DNA from: Halomicrobium mukohataei DSM 12286 | GTDB taxonomy: Archaea > Halobacteriota > Halobacteria > Halobacteriales > Haloarculaceae | NCBI RefSeq assembly: GCF_000023965.1 | Contig: NC_013202.1 | Span: forward strand, 810,001 to 842,000 | DNA: 32,000 nucleotides | Direction of reading: 5' to 3' | In this document: positions 1 through 9,010 of the stretch, in pieces | How positions within the stretch are numbered: position 1 is the first letter of the stretch | Layout: every line of letters begins with the position of its first letter | The notes under the pieces: generated by a model | The model's database searches: none | Told to the model about the DNA's origin: nothing | Seen by the model: only the letters and a program-made list of their open reading frames with translations | Program-made: the position numbers and the translations under genes

Positions 1-1
1 C

Positions 2-1219
2 ATGTCGACCGAGGTGGCCTACGAGCCGGTCAGCGTCAAGGCGGTGCTGGCCGAGATGAAAGACACCGCCGAGCTGTTGATCGATCTCTCGTACTCGGCG
101 GTGTTGCTGGGCAGCGACGAGGTCGCCGCGGAAGTGCTCGAACTCGAAGAGCGGATGGACGTGTTGCAGTTGCGCGCCCGGATGAGTCTGCTCATGGCCG
201 CCCGGAACACGGAAGACGCCGAGGCGCTGGCTCCCGTGCTGGGGATGGTCGGAGCCGCGGAGAAGATCTCCGATGCGGCCGGCGACATCGCCAAGGTCGT
301 GCTCGAAGACATCGGCCTGCCGGAGGCGATGCGGGCCACCCTCCCGGAGGCCGTCGAGACGATCGTCCGTGCGACCGTCGCGCCGGGGTCGCGACTCGCC
401 GACGAGACGCTGGGCGACCTCAACCTCGAAACGGAGACCGGCGTCCGCGCCATCGCGGTCCGGCGGGCCGGCGACTGGCTCCTCAACCCCGACGCCGAGA
501 CGACCGTCGCGGCCGGCGACGTGGTGCTCTTTCGCGGCCCGGACGACGGAATCGGCGCGGTGTATCGGGACGCGACCGGCGAGGGCTACGAGCCACCGGC
601 ACCGCCCGAGAGCGACATCGAGGACCTGGAGCGGGCCGTCGACTCGATCGTGCTGATGAAGGACATGGGCGAGCTGGCCGTCGATCTGGCCTACGGCGCG
701 GTGCTGTTCGACGACACGGATCTGGCCGAGGAGGTCGTCGAACTCGAAGCCGAGGTCGACGCCCTCCAGTCCCGGTTCGAGGCCTGGACGCTCCAGGCGG
801 CCGGTCGCCACGACGACCCGATCTCGCTGCGCGGGCTCGTCCACCTGGCCCGGGCGACGGAGGTGATCTCCGACGCCGCACTGGAGATCAGCGAGGGCGT
901 CTTGCGGGGCCTCTCGACACATCCCGTCGTCGCCGAGGCGGTCCGAGAGTCCGACGAGGTGATCGTCAGCGTCCCGGTCGCGGCCGACAGTGCCCTCGAC
1001 GGCACCACGATCGGACGACGGCAGGTCAAGACGGAGACGGGAATGCGGATCATCGCCGTTCGCCACGCTGGCGCGAGCGACCGGACCGGACGCGAGGGGG
1101 GCGACTGGGAGGTGTCACCGGGGCCGGAGACGACGCTCGAAGCCGGCGACGTACTGATCGCGAAGGGGACGCGCAGCGGTGCCGAGCGGTTCGGGGCGCT
1201 GGCCGGCCAGCGCGACTAG
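2..1219 (+). CDS. TrkA-C (RCK_C) domain protein with PhoU-like helical modules, probably a K+ transport/channel-associated regulator
   Basis: ATG at position 2 opens a 405-aa acidic ORF. It contains two tandem modules. Each has a helical segment (AAEKISDAAGDIAKV / ATEVISDAALEISEGV) followed by a TrkA-C-like segment (ETGVRAIAVRR...GDVVLFRG / ETGMRIIAVRH...GDVLIAKG). The family was assigned from memory. The true N-terminus could lie upstream of the window. Confidence 0.7.
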   Translation: MSTEVAYEPVSVKAVLAEMKDTAELLIDLSYSAVLLGSDEVAAEVLELEERMDVLQLRARMSLLMAARNTEDAEALAPVLGMVGAAEKISDAAGDIAKVVLEDIGLPEAMRATLPEAVETIVRATVAPGSRLADETLGDLNLETETGVRAIAVRRAGDWLLNPDAETTVAAGDVVLFRGPDDGIGAVYRDATGEGYEPPAPPESDIEDLERAVDSIVLMKDMGELAVDLAYGAVLFDDTDLAEEVVELEAEVDALQSRFEAWTLQAAGRHDDPISLRGLVHLARATEVISDAALEISEGVLRGLSTHPVVAEAVRESDEVIVSVPVAADSALDGTTIGRRQVKTETGMRIIAVRHAGASDRTGREGGDWEVSPGPETTLEAGDVLIAKGTRSGAERFGALAGQRD

Positions 1220-1473
1220 AGCGACCGGATCTGGCGGATCGCCGAGCCGGCGACGAACACCGCAGTGATGAGCCCGCCCAGCGAGACGAACAGGACGAAC
1301 GCCAGCCCGGCGTACAGCACCGCCGGCCGCTGGGCTCCGGGGATGACGACGAAGAAGGCGAAGACCGCCGCTGTGAGCAGCGCTGCCAGGAAGAAGCCGC
1401 GCTTGGCGTGAGTCGGGACGTTCAGCGCTGCCACGAGCGCGCCGGGGCCGGTGTCGGGCTGACTCTCTGACAC
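1216..1473 (-). CDS. Small hydrophobic membrane protein (about 2 TM segments), hypothetical
   Basis: 85-aa ORF with a GTG start (cac at 1471-1473). It has two long hydrophobic stretches (FFLAALLTAAVFAFFVVIP, LAFVLFVSLGGLITAVFVAG) and lies in an otherwise gene-free gap. No homolog was recognised. Confidence 0.45.
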   Translation of the reverse strand: MSESQPDTGPGALVAALNVPTHAKRGFFLAALLTAAVFAFFVVIPGAQRPAVLYAGLAFVLFVSLGGLITAVFVAGSAIRQIRSL

Positions 1474-1595
1474 GGCACTCCCTTGGGACGGCCCGAATAA
1501 GGAGCCGTCGGTTCAGCCCAGCCCGCGACCGCGAGCGGGTTCGCTACGGCGCGAATCCGAACCAGTAAAAGTCCCGGCCACTCAAAGTCGTTCAA

Positions 1596-2552
1596 ATGGT
1601 TACCCTCGGGACGGCGACGGCCCAGCCGGGCGAGACGGACACGGGACGGCTGGCAGTCGGCGAAACACGGGACGGAAGCGAGGTCGGGCTGCCGGTCGCC
1701 GTCGTCAACGGGGCCGACGACGGCAAGACGCTGTACCTCCAGGCCGCGAGCGACGGCGACGAACTCAACGGCGTCGGCGTCGTCCAGCGGGTCGTCCCAC
1801 GGCTCGATCCCGCCGAGATCTCCGGAACGATTCTGGTCGTCGGGATCGTCAACTACCACGCCTTCCAGGTGGCAGAGCACCGGAACCCGATCGACGACAC
1901 GAAGATGAACCGGGCGTACCCGGGCAACGACGAGGGCACGTCCTCGGAGCGGATCGCCGCGGCGACGTTCGACGCCGCCACGCGAGCGGATCTCGTGGTC
2001 GATCTCCACCAGGGGTCGACCTCACAGATGATCGACGAGTGTCGCGTCCGCTGTGGCACGCGCCACCGTCTCCACGACGAGTGTCTCGAACTGGCGAAGG
2101 TGTTTGGCTGTGGGTACATCCTCGACCAGAAGGGCCCGGACGGCCAGCTCGCGCGGGCCGCACCGGACGAGGGCGTGCCGACGATAGATCCCGAGCTGGG
2201 CGGCTGTGTCGGCTGGGACGAGCAGTCGATCCAGCTGGGCGTCGAGGGCGTGTACAACGTGTTGCGGTACTACGGGTTCCTCGCGGAGTCTCACAGCTTC
2301 GAGGCCCAGACCCGCGCTCGGGGGTTCGACCAGTACGGCTCCCCGGCGGGCGGTCTCGTCGACTTCCAGAAGCAACTCGGCGACCGTGTCACACGCGGAG
2401 ACACGCTGTACACGATCACCGACGTGTTCGGCCAGCAGAAAGACGTGGTCACCGCCCGCTCCAGCGGGATCTTCTGGCGGGCTCGACGCCTCCCTCAGGT
2501 CGCGACCGGCGAGTACGTCTGTTCGGTGGGCACCGACATCGACTCGGTGTAG
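1596..2552 (+). CDS. Succinylglutamate desuccinylase/aspartoacylase (AstE/AspA, M14-like) family zinc hydrolase
   Basis: ATG start, 318 aa. The N-terminal layout (GxxDGKTLYLQAASDGDELNG ... NRAYPG ... VDLHQG) is typical of this family. Confidence 0.8.
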   Translation: MVTLGTATAQPGETDTGRLAVGETRDGSEVGLPVAVVNGADDGKTLYLQAASDGDELNGVGVVQRVVPRLDPAEISGTILVVGIVNYHAFQVAEHRNPIDDTKMNRAYPGNDEGTSSERIAAATFDAATRADLVVDLHQGSTSQMIDECRVRCGTRHRLHDECLELAKVFGCGYILDQKGPDGQLARAAPDEGVPTIDPELGGCVGWDEQSIQLGVEGVYNVLRYYGFLAESHSFEAQTRARGFDQYGSPAGGLVDFQKQLGDRVTRGDTLYTITDVFGQQKDVVTARSSGIFWRARRLPQVATGEYVCSVGTDIDSV

Positions 2553-2594
2553 CCGGGCGACAGATTTCCGTACCGGCGACCCGACACCACGACC

Positions 2595-3671
2595 ATGTAC
2601 CACTGCGAAGCCTGTGGCCGCGAGTACGGACCCGACGGCCCCTGGCGGTGTGCCTGTGGCCACGCCCTGGACTACGCTCGGCGACCGCTGCCCGACGCCG
2701 ATAGCCCGCCGGACCCGACGACGCTGGACCGCGATCGCGGGCTCTGGAGCTTCGAACCGTTCCTCCCCGTCGAGCGTCGCGTCTCGCTGGGCGAGGGGTG
2801 GACGCCGCTGGTCGACGACGCGGCGTTCGACGCCCAGCTCAAGCTCGACTCCGTCTTTCCGACGGGGAGTTTCAAGGACCGCGGGGCGACGGTGACACTC
2901 TCCCAGGCCGACGCGCTGGGCGTCGAGCGGGTGGTCGAAGACTCTTCTGGCAACGCCGGACTGGCGATCGCGAGCTACGCGGCGCGAGCGGGGATCGACG
3001 CCGAGATCTACGTCCCGGCCGACGCCAAGCCGACGAAGCTCCGCAAGATCGAGCGGACCGGCGCGGACGTGGTCCGGATCGAGGGCACTCGCGGGGACGT
3101 GACCGACGCCTGCCACGACGCGCTCGACGGGGACGCCTGGTACGCCAGCCACGCCTGGCAGCCCGCCTTCTTCGCCGGGACGATGACCTGGGCGCTGGAG
3201 GTGGCCGCACAGCGCGGCTGGGACGTACCGGACGCGGTCGTCGTCCCGGTCGGTCACGGGACGCTCCTGCTCGGAGCCTATCGCGGCTTCCGGGCGCTGC
3301 GAGCGGCCGGCTGGACCGAGCGGGTGCCACGCCTGCTGGGCGCACAGGCCAGTGGCTACGCGCCGATCGCCGCCGGCCGGCCGGCCAGTGACGGCGAGGC
3401 CGACGACGCCAACGAGGTCGCCGACGGCATCCAGATCCACAGACCGGCGCGGGGCGATCAGTTGCTCGACGCCCTCGCCGCGACCGAGGGCACCGCCGTC
3501 GCCGTCGACGCCGCAGCCACCGAGCGAGCCCACGACCGCCTCGCGCGAGCCGGGTATCAGGTCGAGCCGACCTGCGCGACCGCGGTGGCCGGGCTAGAGC
3601 GGTTTCGAGCGGCGGGGACGATCACGGCCGAGGAGGACGTTGTGGTCGTCCTGTCCGGACAGAATTACTAG
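2595..3671 (+). CDS. thrC: Threonine synthase-like PLP-dependent enzyme with an N-terminal zinc-ribbon
   Basis: ATG start, 358 aa. The N-terminus reads CEACG...CACGH. The PLP-lysine motif FPTGSFKDRGA and the SSGNAG loop are characteristic of threonine synthase and beta-family PLP enzymes. Confidence 0.8.
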   Translation: MYHCEACGREYGPDGPWRCACGHALDYARRPLPDADSPPDPTTLDRDRGLWSFEPFLPVERRVSLGEGWTPLVDDAAFDAQLKLDSVFPTGSFKDRGATVTLSQADALGVERVVEDSSGNAGLAIASYAARAGIDAEIYVPADAKPTKLRKIERTGADVVRIEGTRGDVTDACHDALDGDAWYASHAWQPAFFAGTMTWALEVAAQRGWDVPDAVVVPVGHGTLLLGAYRGFRALRAAGWTERVPRLLGAQASGYAPIAAGRPASDGEADDANEVADGIQIHRPARGDQLLDALAATEGTAVAVDAAATERAHDRLARAGYQVEPTCATAVAGLERFRAAGTITAEEDVVVVLSGQNY

Positions 3672-3889
3672 CGGCAGTCGGCGACGTCGACGGCGAACTC
3701 GGCGTCGACCGCGAGCCAGTGGGTCTCGGCGTCGACGGGGTCGATGTTCTCGGGATAGAGGATACACCGCTCTGAGTTGTCCGCACGCTCCTCGACGACG
3801 GCAGACAGCTGTTCGCTGGGGAACTCCTCCTGGGGGAGCGGTTCCGGGGCGATCGACGGATCGGGCTCGCCCGACGATGGCTGGCTCAT
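3668..3889 (-). CDS. Small acidic haloarchaeal protein, hypothetical
   Basis: ATG start, 73 aa, very acidic. The motif ERCILYP...THWLAVD resembles a family of small haloarchaea-specific proteins (recalled from memory, not verified). Confidence 0.55.
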   Translation of the reverse strand: MSQPSSGEPDPSIAPEPLPQEEFPSEQLSAVVEERADNSERCILYPENIDPVDAETHWLAVDAEFAVDVADCR

Positions 3890-4030
3890 AGCGCCACTGT
3901 TGGTCCCCGAGCGGTATTGTTACAGAGCGACTACCGGAACGTCGGAGACGGTAATCGCAGGCAGTCGGGGGCCTCCGGGCGGCCGTAAGTAGACCCTAAA
4001 GCTAAGCGGGCGGACGCGAATAGGCGGACG

Positions 4031-5710
4031 ATGGAGATTCTGGTCAACCAACTCGGTTACGAGACCGATGGCCCGAAACGAGCGGTCTGTCGCGCGACAG
4101 AGCGCCACGACCTCGATGGCTTCGTGTTGCACGACGGGGACAGCGTCGTCTTCGAGGGGACGCCGGAGTTCGTCGGCGGCGTCGCCGACTGGGGAGAGTG
4201 GGTCTTCTGGACGCTGGAGTTCTCCTCGCTCACCGAGCCCGGCGAGTACACGCTCCGGGCCGGCGAGGCCCACTCGCGGCGCTTCGAGATCGGCGAGGAC
4301 CTCCACAAGGAGACGCTCCTCTCCGATCTGCTGTACTACTGCAAGACCCAGCGTGCCAGCGGCGAGTACGACCGGGCCGACCGATCGGTGCCGTTCGTGG
4401 GCGACCGCGAGGGGACGGTCGACGTACGCGGCGGCTGGTACGACGCCTCGGGCGACATGAGCAAGTATCTGAGCCACCTCAGCTACGCCAACTACTTCAA
4501 CCCACAGCAGATTCCGATCGTCGCCTGGGGACTGGCCGACGCCCGTGACAGACTGCACGACGGCGACCACAGGCTGGGCGGGGAACTCGACGCGCGACTG
4601 CGCGAGGAGATCCACCACGGCGCGGACTTCCTCGTCCGGATGCAGGACGACGCGGGCTACTTCTACATGACCGTCTTCGACCAGTGGTCCAAGGACGTGG
4701 ACCGCCGAGAGATCTGTGCCTACGAGACCGAAGAGGGACACAAGACGATCGACTACGAGGCCGGATACCGCCAGGGCGGAGGGGTCGCCATCGCCGCGCT
4801 GGCTCGCGCCAGCCAGGTCGAGGGACCGGGCGCGTTCGACCGTGAGACCTACCGCGAGGCCGCGGTCGAGGGGTTCGATCACCTGCAGGCCCACAACACG
4901 GAGTACCTCGACGACGGGACCGAGAACGTCATCGACGACTACTGCGCGTTGCTCGCCGCCACGGAACTGGCCGCCGCCACGGACGACGAGCGGTTCCGGA
5001 CGGCCGCCAGAGAGCGCGCTCAGTCGCTGCTGGACCGCCAGACCGGCGACGACCGCTACGACGGGTGGTGGCGTGCCGACGACGACGATCGCCCCTTCTA
5101 TCACGCGTCCGACGAGGGACTGCCGATCGTCGCGCTGTTGCGCTACCGGGCGGTCGACGCCGACGGGCCGCTGGACGACGCCATCGTGAACGCGATCGAG
5201 CGCTTCTGGGGCTTCCAGACGACGGTCGGCGACGAGGTCACCAACCCCTTCGACTACCCGCGCCAGTACGCCAGACCGGTCGACGAGGACGAACCGCGCG
5301 CGTCGTTCTTCATGCCCCACGAGAACGAGACCGGCTACTGGTGGCAGGGCGAGAACGCCCGGATCGCCTCGCTTGCGACCGCGGCCGCGCGGTCGCGGGC
5401 ACAGCTCGACGCGGAACTGGGCGAGCGCCTCGATCGGTTCGCCCAGGCCCAACTCGACTGGATCCTCGGGTCGAACCCCTTCGGCGTCTGCATGGTCCAC
5501 GGCGTCGGCGCGCCGGAGCCGACCTACCACCGCCAGTTCCGCAACGTCCCCGGCGGCGTCCAGAACGGTATCACCGCCGGCTTCGAGAACGAGGCCGACA
5601 TCGCCTACTGTCCCGAGCCCTGGGGCGACGACCACGCGCACCGCTGGCGCTGGGCCGAGCAGTGGATTCCCCACTCGGCCTGGCTGTTCCTGGCGGTCAG
5701 CTCGCTGTAG
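4031..5710 (+). CDS. Glycoside hydrolase family 9 protein with an N-terminal CelD-type Ig-like domain and no signal peptide
   Basis: ATG start, 559 aa. The N-terminus ILVNQLGYETDGPKRAV is typical of the cellulase N-terminal Ig-like domain. GH9-like motifs are GGWYDASGDMSKY and, near the C-terminus, GSNPFGVCMVHGVG...YHRQ. No hydrophobic or Tat leader is visible. Confidence 0.78.
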   Translation: MEILVNQLGYETDGPKRAVCRATERHDLDGFVLHDGDSVVFEGTPEFVGGVADWGEWVFWTLEFSSLTEPGEYTLRAGEAHSRRFEIGEDLHKETLLSDLLYYCKTQRASGEYDRADRSVPFVGDREGTVDVRGGWYDASGDMSKYLSHLSYANYFNPQQIPIVAWGLADARDRLHDGDHRLGGELDARLREEIHHGADFLVRMQDDAGYFYMTVFDQWSKDVDRREICAYETEEGHKTIDYEAGYRQGGGVAIAALARASQVEGPGAFDRETYREAAVEGFDHLQAHNTEYLDDGTENVIDDYCALLAATELAAATDDERFRTAARERAQSLLDRQTGDDRYDGWWRADDDDRPFYHASDEGLPIVALLRYRAVDADGPLDDAIVNAIERFWGFQTTVGDEVTNPFDYPRQYARPVDEDEPRASFFMPHENETGYWWQGENARIASLATAAARSRAQLDAELGERLDRFAQAQLDWILGSNPFGVCMVHGVGAPEPTYHRQFRNVPGGVQNGITAGFENEADIAYCPEPWGDDHAHRWRWAEQWIPHSAWLFLAVSSL

Positions 5711-5792
5711 CGTAGGGAGCGGTATATAGGACACATAGCAACCGCCTACATCCCCCGTTCCGTCGCCACCGCTACGAGCGGAGACGCCACAC

Positions 5793-6575
5793 ATGCCAGA
5801 GACACGCCAGTCCCGGATCGAGCACGCGCTCGAACTGCTCGACCGGGAAGTGACCTACGCGAGCGACGAACGGTCCGCGTTCGAGCGGTTCCGGTCCCGC
5901 GTCCGGACGCTCGATCCGACGAGTCCGAGAGATCCCGGCGTCCAAGCGGGCGGCGGTGGCGTCGTCGCTCTGGAAACGGCCCCACCGCCGGACGCCGCGG
6001 CACGCACGGTCCGGCAGGCCTACGACGAGACGGTCCTGTCGGTGTCACACTTCGAGGCCGAGTACGGGGAGACGTTACGGCAGAACTTCGAGGCGGAGGT
6101 GGGGACCGAAGTCGCCGTCCAGGTGTTCGAGACCGGGCGGGTGACGCCGCCGGTCCACGACGCCCTGCTGGCGGCCACCGAGCAGGCGATCGAGGAGCGG
6201 ACGACGTACCTGGAGACGCTCCGGACCGAACGGGAGTCGCTGTGTCGGGCTCGCGACCGGCTCGACGACTGCGAATCGCGCGCGGCCGAGCTCGGGACAC
6301 GGCTCACGACGACGGACAGCCCGGACCGCAGTGGGATCGACGAACAGCTGCAGTCGCTCGAAGCGGTCTGTGAGGGCGTGGCCGAGACCAGACAGGAGCT
6401 TCTCCACGGCCGTTCGACCGCACAGCTGGTCGGCATCTCCGGTGAGACCCTCGTCCAGTTCCTCTACGCGGAGTGTACGGCGACGTGTCCGGTGCTGGCC
6501 GACGCCGCCGACTGCATCGAGACGATCCGACACCAGCGTCGGCGGTGTCTCACGCTGCCGGCCGCCACGTCGTGA
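5793..6575 (+). CDS. Hypothetical acidic protein (haloarchaeal type)
   Basis: ATG start, 260 aa, with acidic composition and GC-rich third codon positions. A TATA-like ggtatatagg lies about 65 nt upstream. No family was recognised with confidence. Confidence 0.6.
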   Translation: MPETRQSRIEHALELLDREVTYASDERSAFERFRSRVRTLDPTSPRDPGVQAGGGGVVALETAPPPDAAARTVRQAYDETVLSVSHFEAEYGETLRQNFEAEVGTEVAVQVFETGRVTPPVHDALLAATEQAIEERTTYLETLRTERESLCRARDRLDDCESRAAELGTRLTTTDSPDRSGIDEQLQSLEAVCEGVAETRQELLHGRSTAQLVGISGETLVQFLYAECTATCPVLADAADCIETIRHQRRRCLTLPAATS

Positions 6576-6607
6576 CGCCGCGCGACCTGCCCGTGGTGGT
6601 CGGCGAC

Positions 6608-7870
6608 TCACCGCTCGGGGTGGCACGGGCCGTCGAAGCCGCCGCGGACGAGGGGCTTGGCGACGTGACGCCGCGCCACCGGCGGGACCTCGTACCAGCC
6701 GGGCTCGATCTCTCGGGCCAGCGGGCGCTCGACCTTGCCGTCGCGGTTGGTGTCACAGTCTCGACAGCGGTAGCCCTGATCGCGCCCGGCGCTGCTCATC
6801 GACCGACCGCACGCCGGACACTCCGGCGTGACCAGTTCCGTCTGGACGGGATCACGCAGCGCGAACTTCTCCAGTTTGAGCGTGCCGTCACCGACCTCAC
6901 CACAGACCGTCAGCACGTCGCCGGGACGGAGCGCCCGGACCCGGTCCCGGAAGCGCTTGGTCGGCTCGAAGGCGGCACACTCGACCGTCGCGTCCCCGTC
7001 GGCCAGTGTGAAGAAGACGTGGCCGCCTTCCCGCGTTTCCGGTGGCTCGACGACGGTCCCGTCGGTCCGGTAGGCACTCCCGTCGGTCAGTGCGTCCAGG
7101 GGAGCCGACTGGAGGTGGGCGTCGGTCCCCTGATTCGTGACGAAGGTCCGGGTTCGATCGACGGGCTCGCTGCCGATCGCCGCCGCGACGCTGCGACAGG
7201 CCTCGGGATCGTCGCCGCGGATCCCGTAGAGGATCGGACAGGGCGTCCGGGGGACACAGACCGGATATCCCGACGCGTGATCGACGGTGTCCCAGACCGT
7301 CGGGTAGTGGCGGTCGGCGGCGGCGAAGACGGAGTCGGTGTCGACGGAGCGCTCGGTTCCCCAGCGGTCGCGCTCGCGGTAGGCGATGTGCTCGTACGTC
7401 CAGTCCCCGAAGGCCCGCCAGGCACCGACCGCGGCGAGCGCGCCGATCAGGCCGCGACCGTTGCCGACGGTCGTCGACTCGAAGCCGGCGTCGGCGATCC
7501 GTCGGCGGGCCGTCTCGACGTCGAGCAACTCGCGGACGGCGGCCCGGGAGTGGTCGGCGACGGCCTCGGGGACGGCCGTCGGATCACAGTCCGCGACGAC
7601 CAGTCCGGGGTTCGTCCGGGGATCGTCGGCCGCCATGGCGAGCGCGTCGGCCCCGAGATCGAGTGCGCGATCGGCGGACACGTCACAGTGGACCGCCAGC
7701 GCGGCGTTGCCGCGAGTCTTGTGCTCGACGGCGGGGTCGAGTCGGACCAGGAGCGTCCGCTGGACCGACCCGCCCGCGGCCTCGATGCGCTCGGCCAGCC
7801 GCGTGGCTGCGAACGTCGTACACATCCCCTCGGTGCGGGAGTCGGTGTCGTCGAGGCCGATGACCGTCAC
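6608..7870 (-). CDS. tiaS: tRNA(Ile2) 2-agmatinylcytidine synthetase TiaS
   Basis: It carries the N-terminal IGLDDTDS...GMCTTF motif and a C-terminal zinc ribbon (CPACG...CRDC). The ORF-track start at 7993 is a TTG and adds 41 basic residues. The GTG at 7870 places the start directly before [11 protein letters not shown], as in characterised TiaS proteins. The start remains uncertain (7870 versus 7993). Confidence 0.8.
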   Translation of the reverse strand: MTVIGLDDTDSRTEGMCTTFAATRLAERIEAAGGSVQRTLLVRLDPAVEHKTRGNAALAVHCDVSADRALDLGADALAMAADDPRTNPGLVVADCDPTAVPEAVADHSRAAVRELLDVETARRRIADAGFESTTVGNGRGLIGALAAVGAWRAFGDWTYEHIAYRERDRWGTERSVDTDSVFAAADRHYPTVWDTVDHASGYPVCVPRTPCPILYGIRGDDPEACRSVAAAIGSEPVDRTRTFVTNQGTDAHLQSAPLDALTDGSAYRTDGTVVEPPETREGGHVFFTLADGDATVECAAFEPTKRFRDRVRALRPGDVLTVCGEVGDGTLKLEKFALRDPVQTELVTPECPACGRSMSSAGRDQGYRCRDCDTNRDGKVERPLAREIEPGWYEVPPVARRHVAKPLVRGGFDGPCHPER

Positions 7871-8041
7871 GCCGTCGGCTACGCTGCGGGACGGTTTCGG
7901 CGTTTCGACTGGGCTGCCCAGCGGGAACCGTCTGCGCGTACCTGTCGTCGAATAGACGAGAATTGGAGATACAGCCGTCCTATCCCGGCGCAACGCATAT
8001 ATGCAGCGAATATCTTGTGTTATAGAGAGGGACGAAGTACT

Positions 8042-9010
8042 ATGTCACGGTCGGCACTGGTCGAGAACGTCACGGCGATGCTGGGAGACGCTGGCTTCCT
8101 CGTCAGCGACCGGTGTGCGATTCGGCCGAAGAGCTTCGACGTTGCGGCGCGGCGCGGTGAGGACGTGTTGCTGGTGAAGATCCTGGGCAACATCGACGCG
8201 TTCGACGCCATGACCGGCGCGGAGATGCGACGCCTGGGCACCTACCTGAACGCGACGCCGATGGTCGTCGGGCTCCGGACCCGCGACGAAGAGCTCAAAC
8301 CCGGCGTCGTCTACTTCAGACACGGCGTCCCGGTGCTGTCGCCGGACACGGCGATGGACCTGTTCGTCGAGGAGGTCCCGCCGCTGATCTACGCCGCGCC
8401 GGGCGGGCTGTACGTCAACATCGACAGCGAGGTCCTCGCGGACGCTCGCGAGGATCGGGACTGGTCGCTGGGGCGACTCGCAAAGGAACTGGGCGTCTCC
8501 CGTCGGACCGTCTCGAAGTACGAGGACGGGATGGACGCCTCCGTCGACGTGGCCGCAGAACTCGAAGAACTGTTCGACGCGCCGCTCACGTCGCCGGTCA
8601 GCGTCCTCGACGGGGCCGAGGAAGTTCGCGACGAAGAGGAGACGCCGGAAGATCCGGAGGTGGCTCCCGAAGACGAGTCGCTCGTGACGGTCTTTACCCG
8701 GATCGGCTTCGAGGTCCACCCGACGGACCGAGCGCCGTTCAAGACCGTCTCCGAGAACGAGCACGAGCGCCAACAGGTCCTGACCGGCCGCTCGGAGTTC
8801 ACCAAGACCGCCGAGAAGCGTGCCCGGATCATGTCCTCGGTCGGGGAGGTCACCCGGACCCGCTCGATCTACGTGGTCGACGAACTCAAACGGGAGTCCG
8901 TCGACGGCACCGCCATCATCGAGCAAAGCGAGATGGAGGCCATCGACGACGCCGACGACCTGCGAGACCTGATCATGGAACGGGGCGAGGATCCCGAAGA
9001 AGTTGCGTGA
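8042..9010 (+). CDS. Euryarchaeal putative HTH-type (XRE/Cro-like) transcriptional regulator, about 322 aa
   Basis: ATG at 8042, inside the over-extended 6473..9010 ORF. The acidic protein begins [19 protein letters not shown]. It has a central helix-turn-helix, [23 protein letters not shown]. An AT-rich TATA-like region lies at 7996-8026. Confidence 0.8.
   Translation: MSRSALVENVTAMLGDAGFLVSDRCAIRPKSFDVAARRGEDVLLVKILGNIDAFDAMTGAEMRRLGTYLNATPMVVGLRTRDEELKPGVVYFRHGVPVLSPDTAMDLFVEEVPPLIYAAPGGLYVNIDSEVLADAREDRDWSLGRLAKELGVSRRTVSKYEDGMDASVDVAAELEELFDAPLTSPVSVLDGAEEVRDEEETPEDPEVAPEDESLVTVFTRIGFEVHPTDRAPFKTVSENEHERQQVLTGRSEFTKTAEKRARIMSSVGEVTRTRSIYVVDELKRESVDGTAIIEQSEMEAIDDADDLRDLIMERGEDPEEVA

Noticed and set aside
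2022-5794. Long minus-strand ORFs 2022..3533 (503 aa) and 3920..5794 (624 aa)
   Set aside because: They are shadow ORFs antisense to the AstE-like, threonine-synthase-like and GH9 genes. They have Arg/Gly/Pro/Val-rich low-complexity composition and no recognisable motifs.
6473-8041. The N-terminal 523 codons of the 845-aa ORF 6473..9010
   Set aside because: This part is antisense to the well-supported TiaS gene and is Arg/Gly/Asp-rich low-complexity sequence. The recognisable regulator begins at the ATG at 8042, downstream of an AT-rich promoter-like region.
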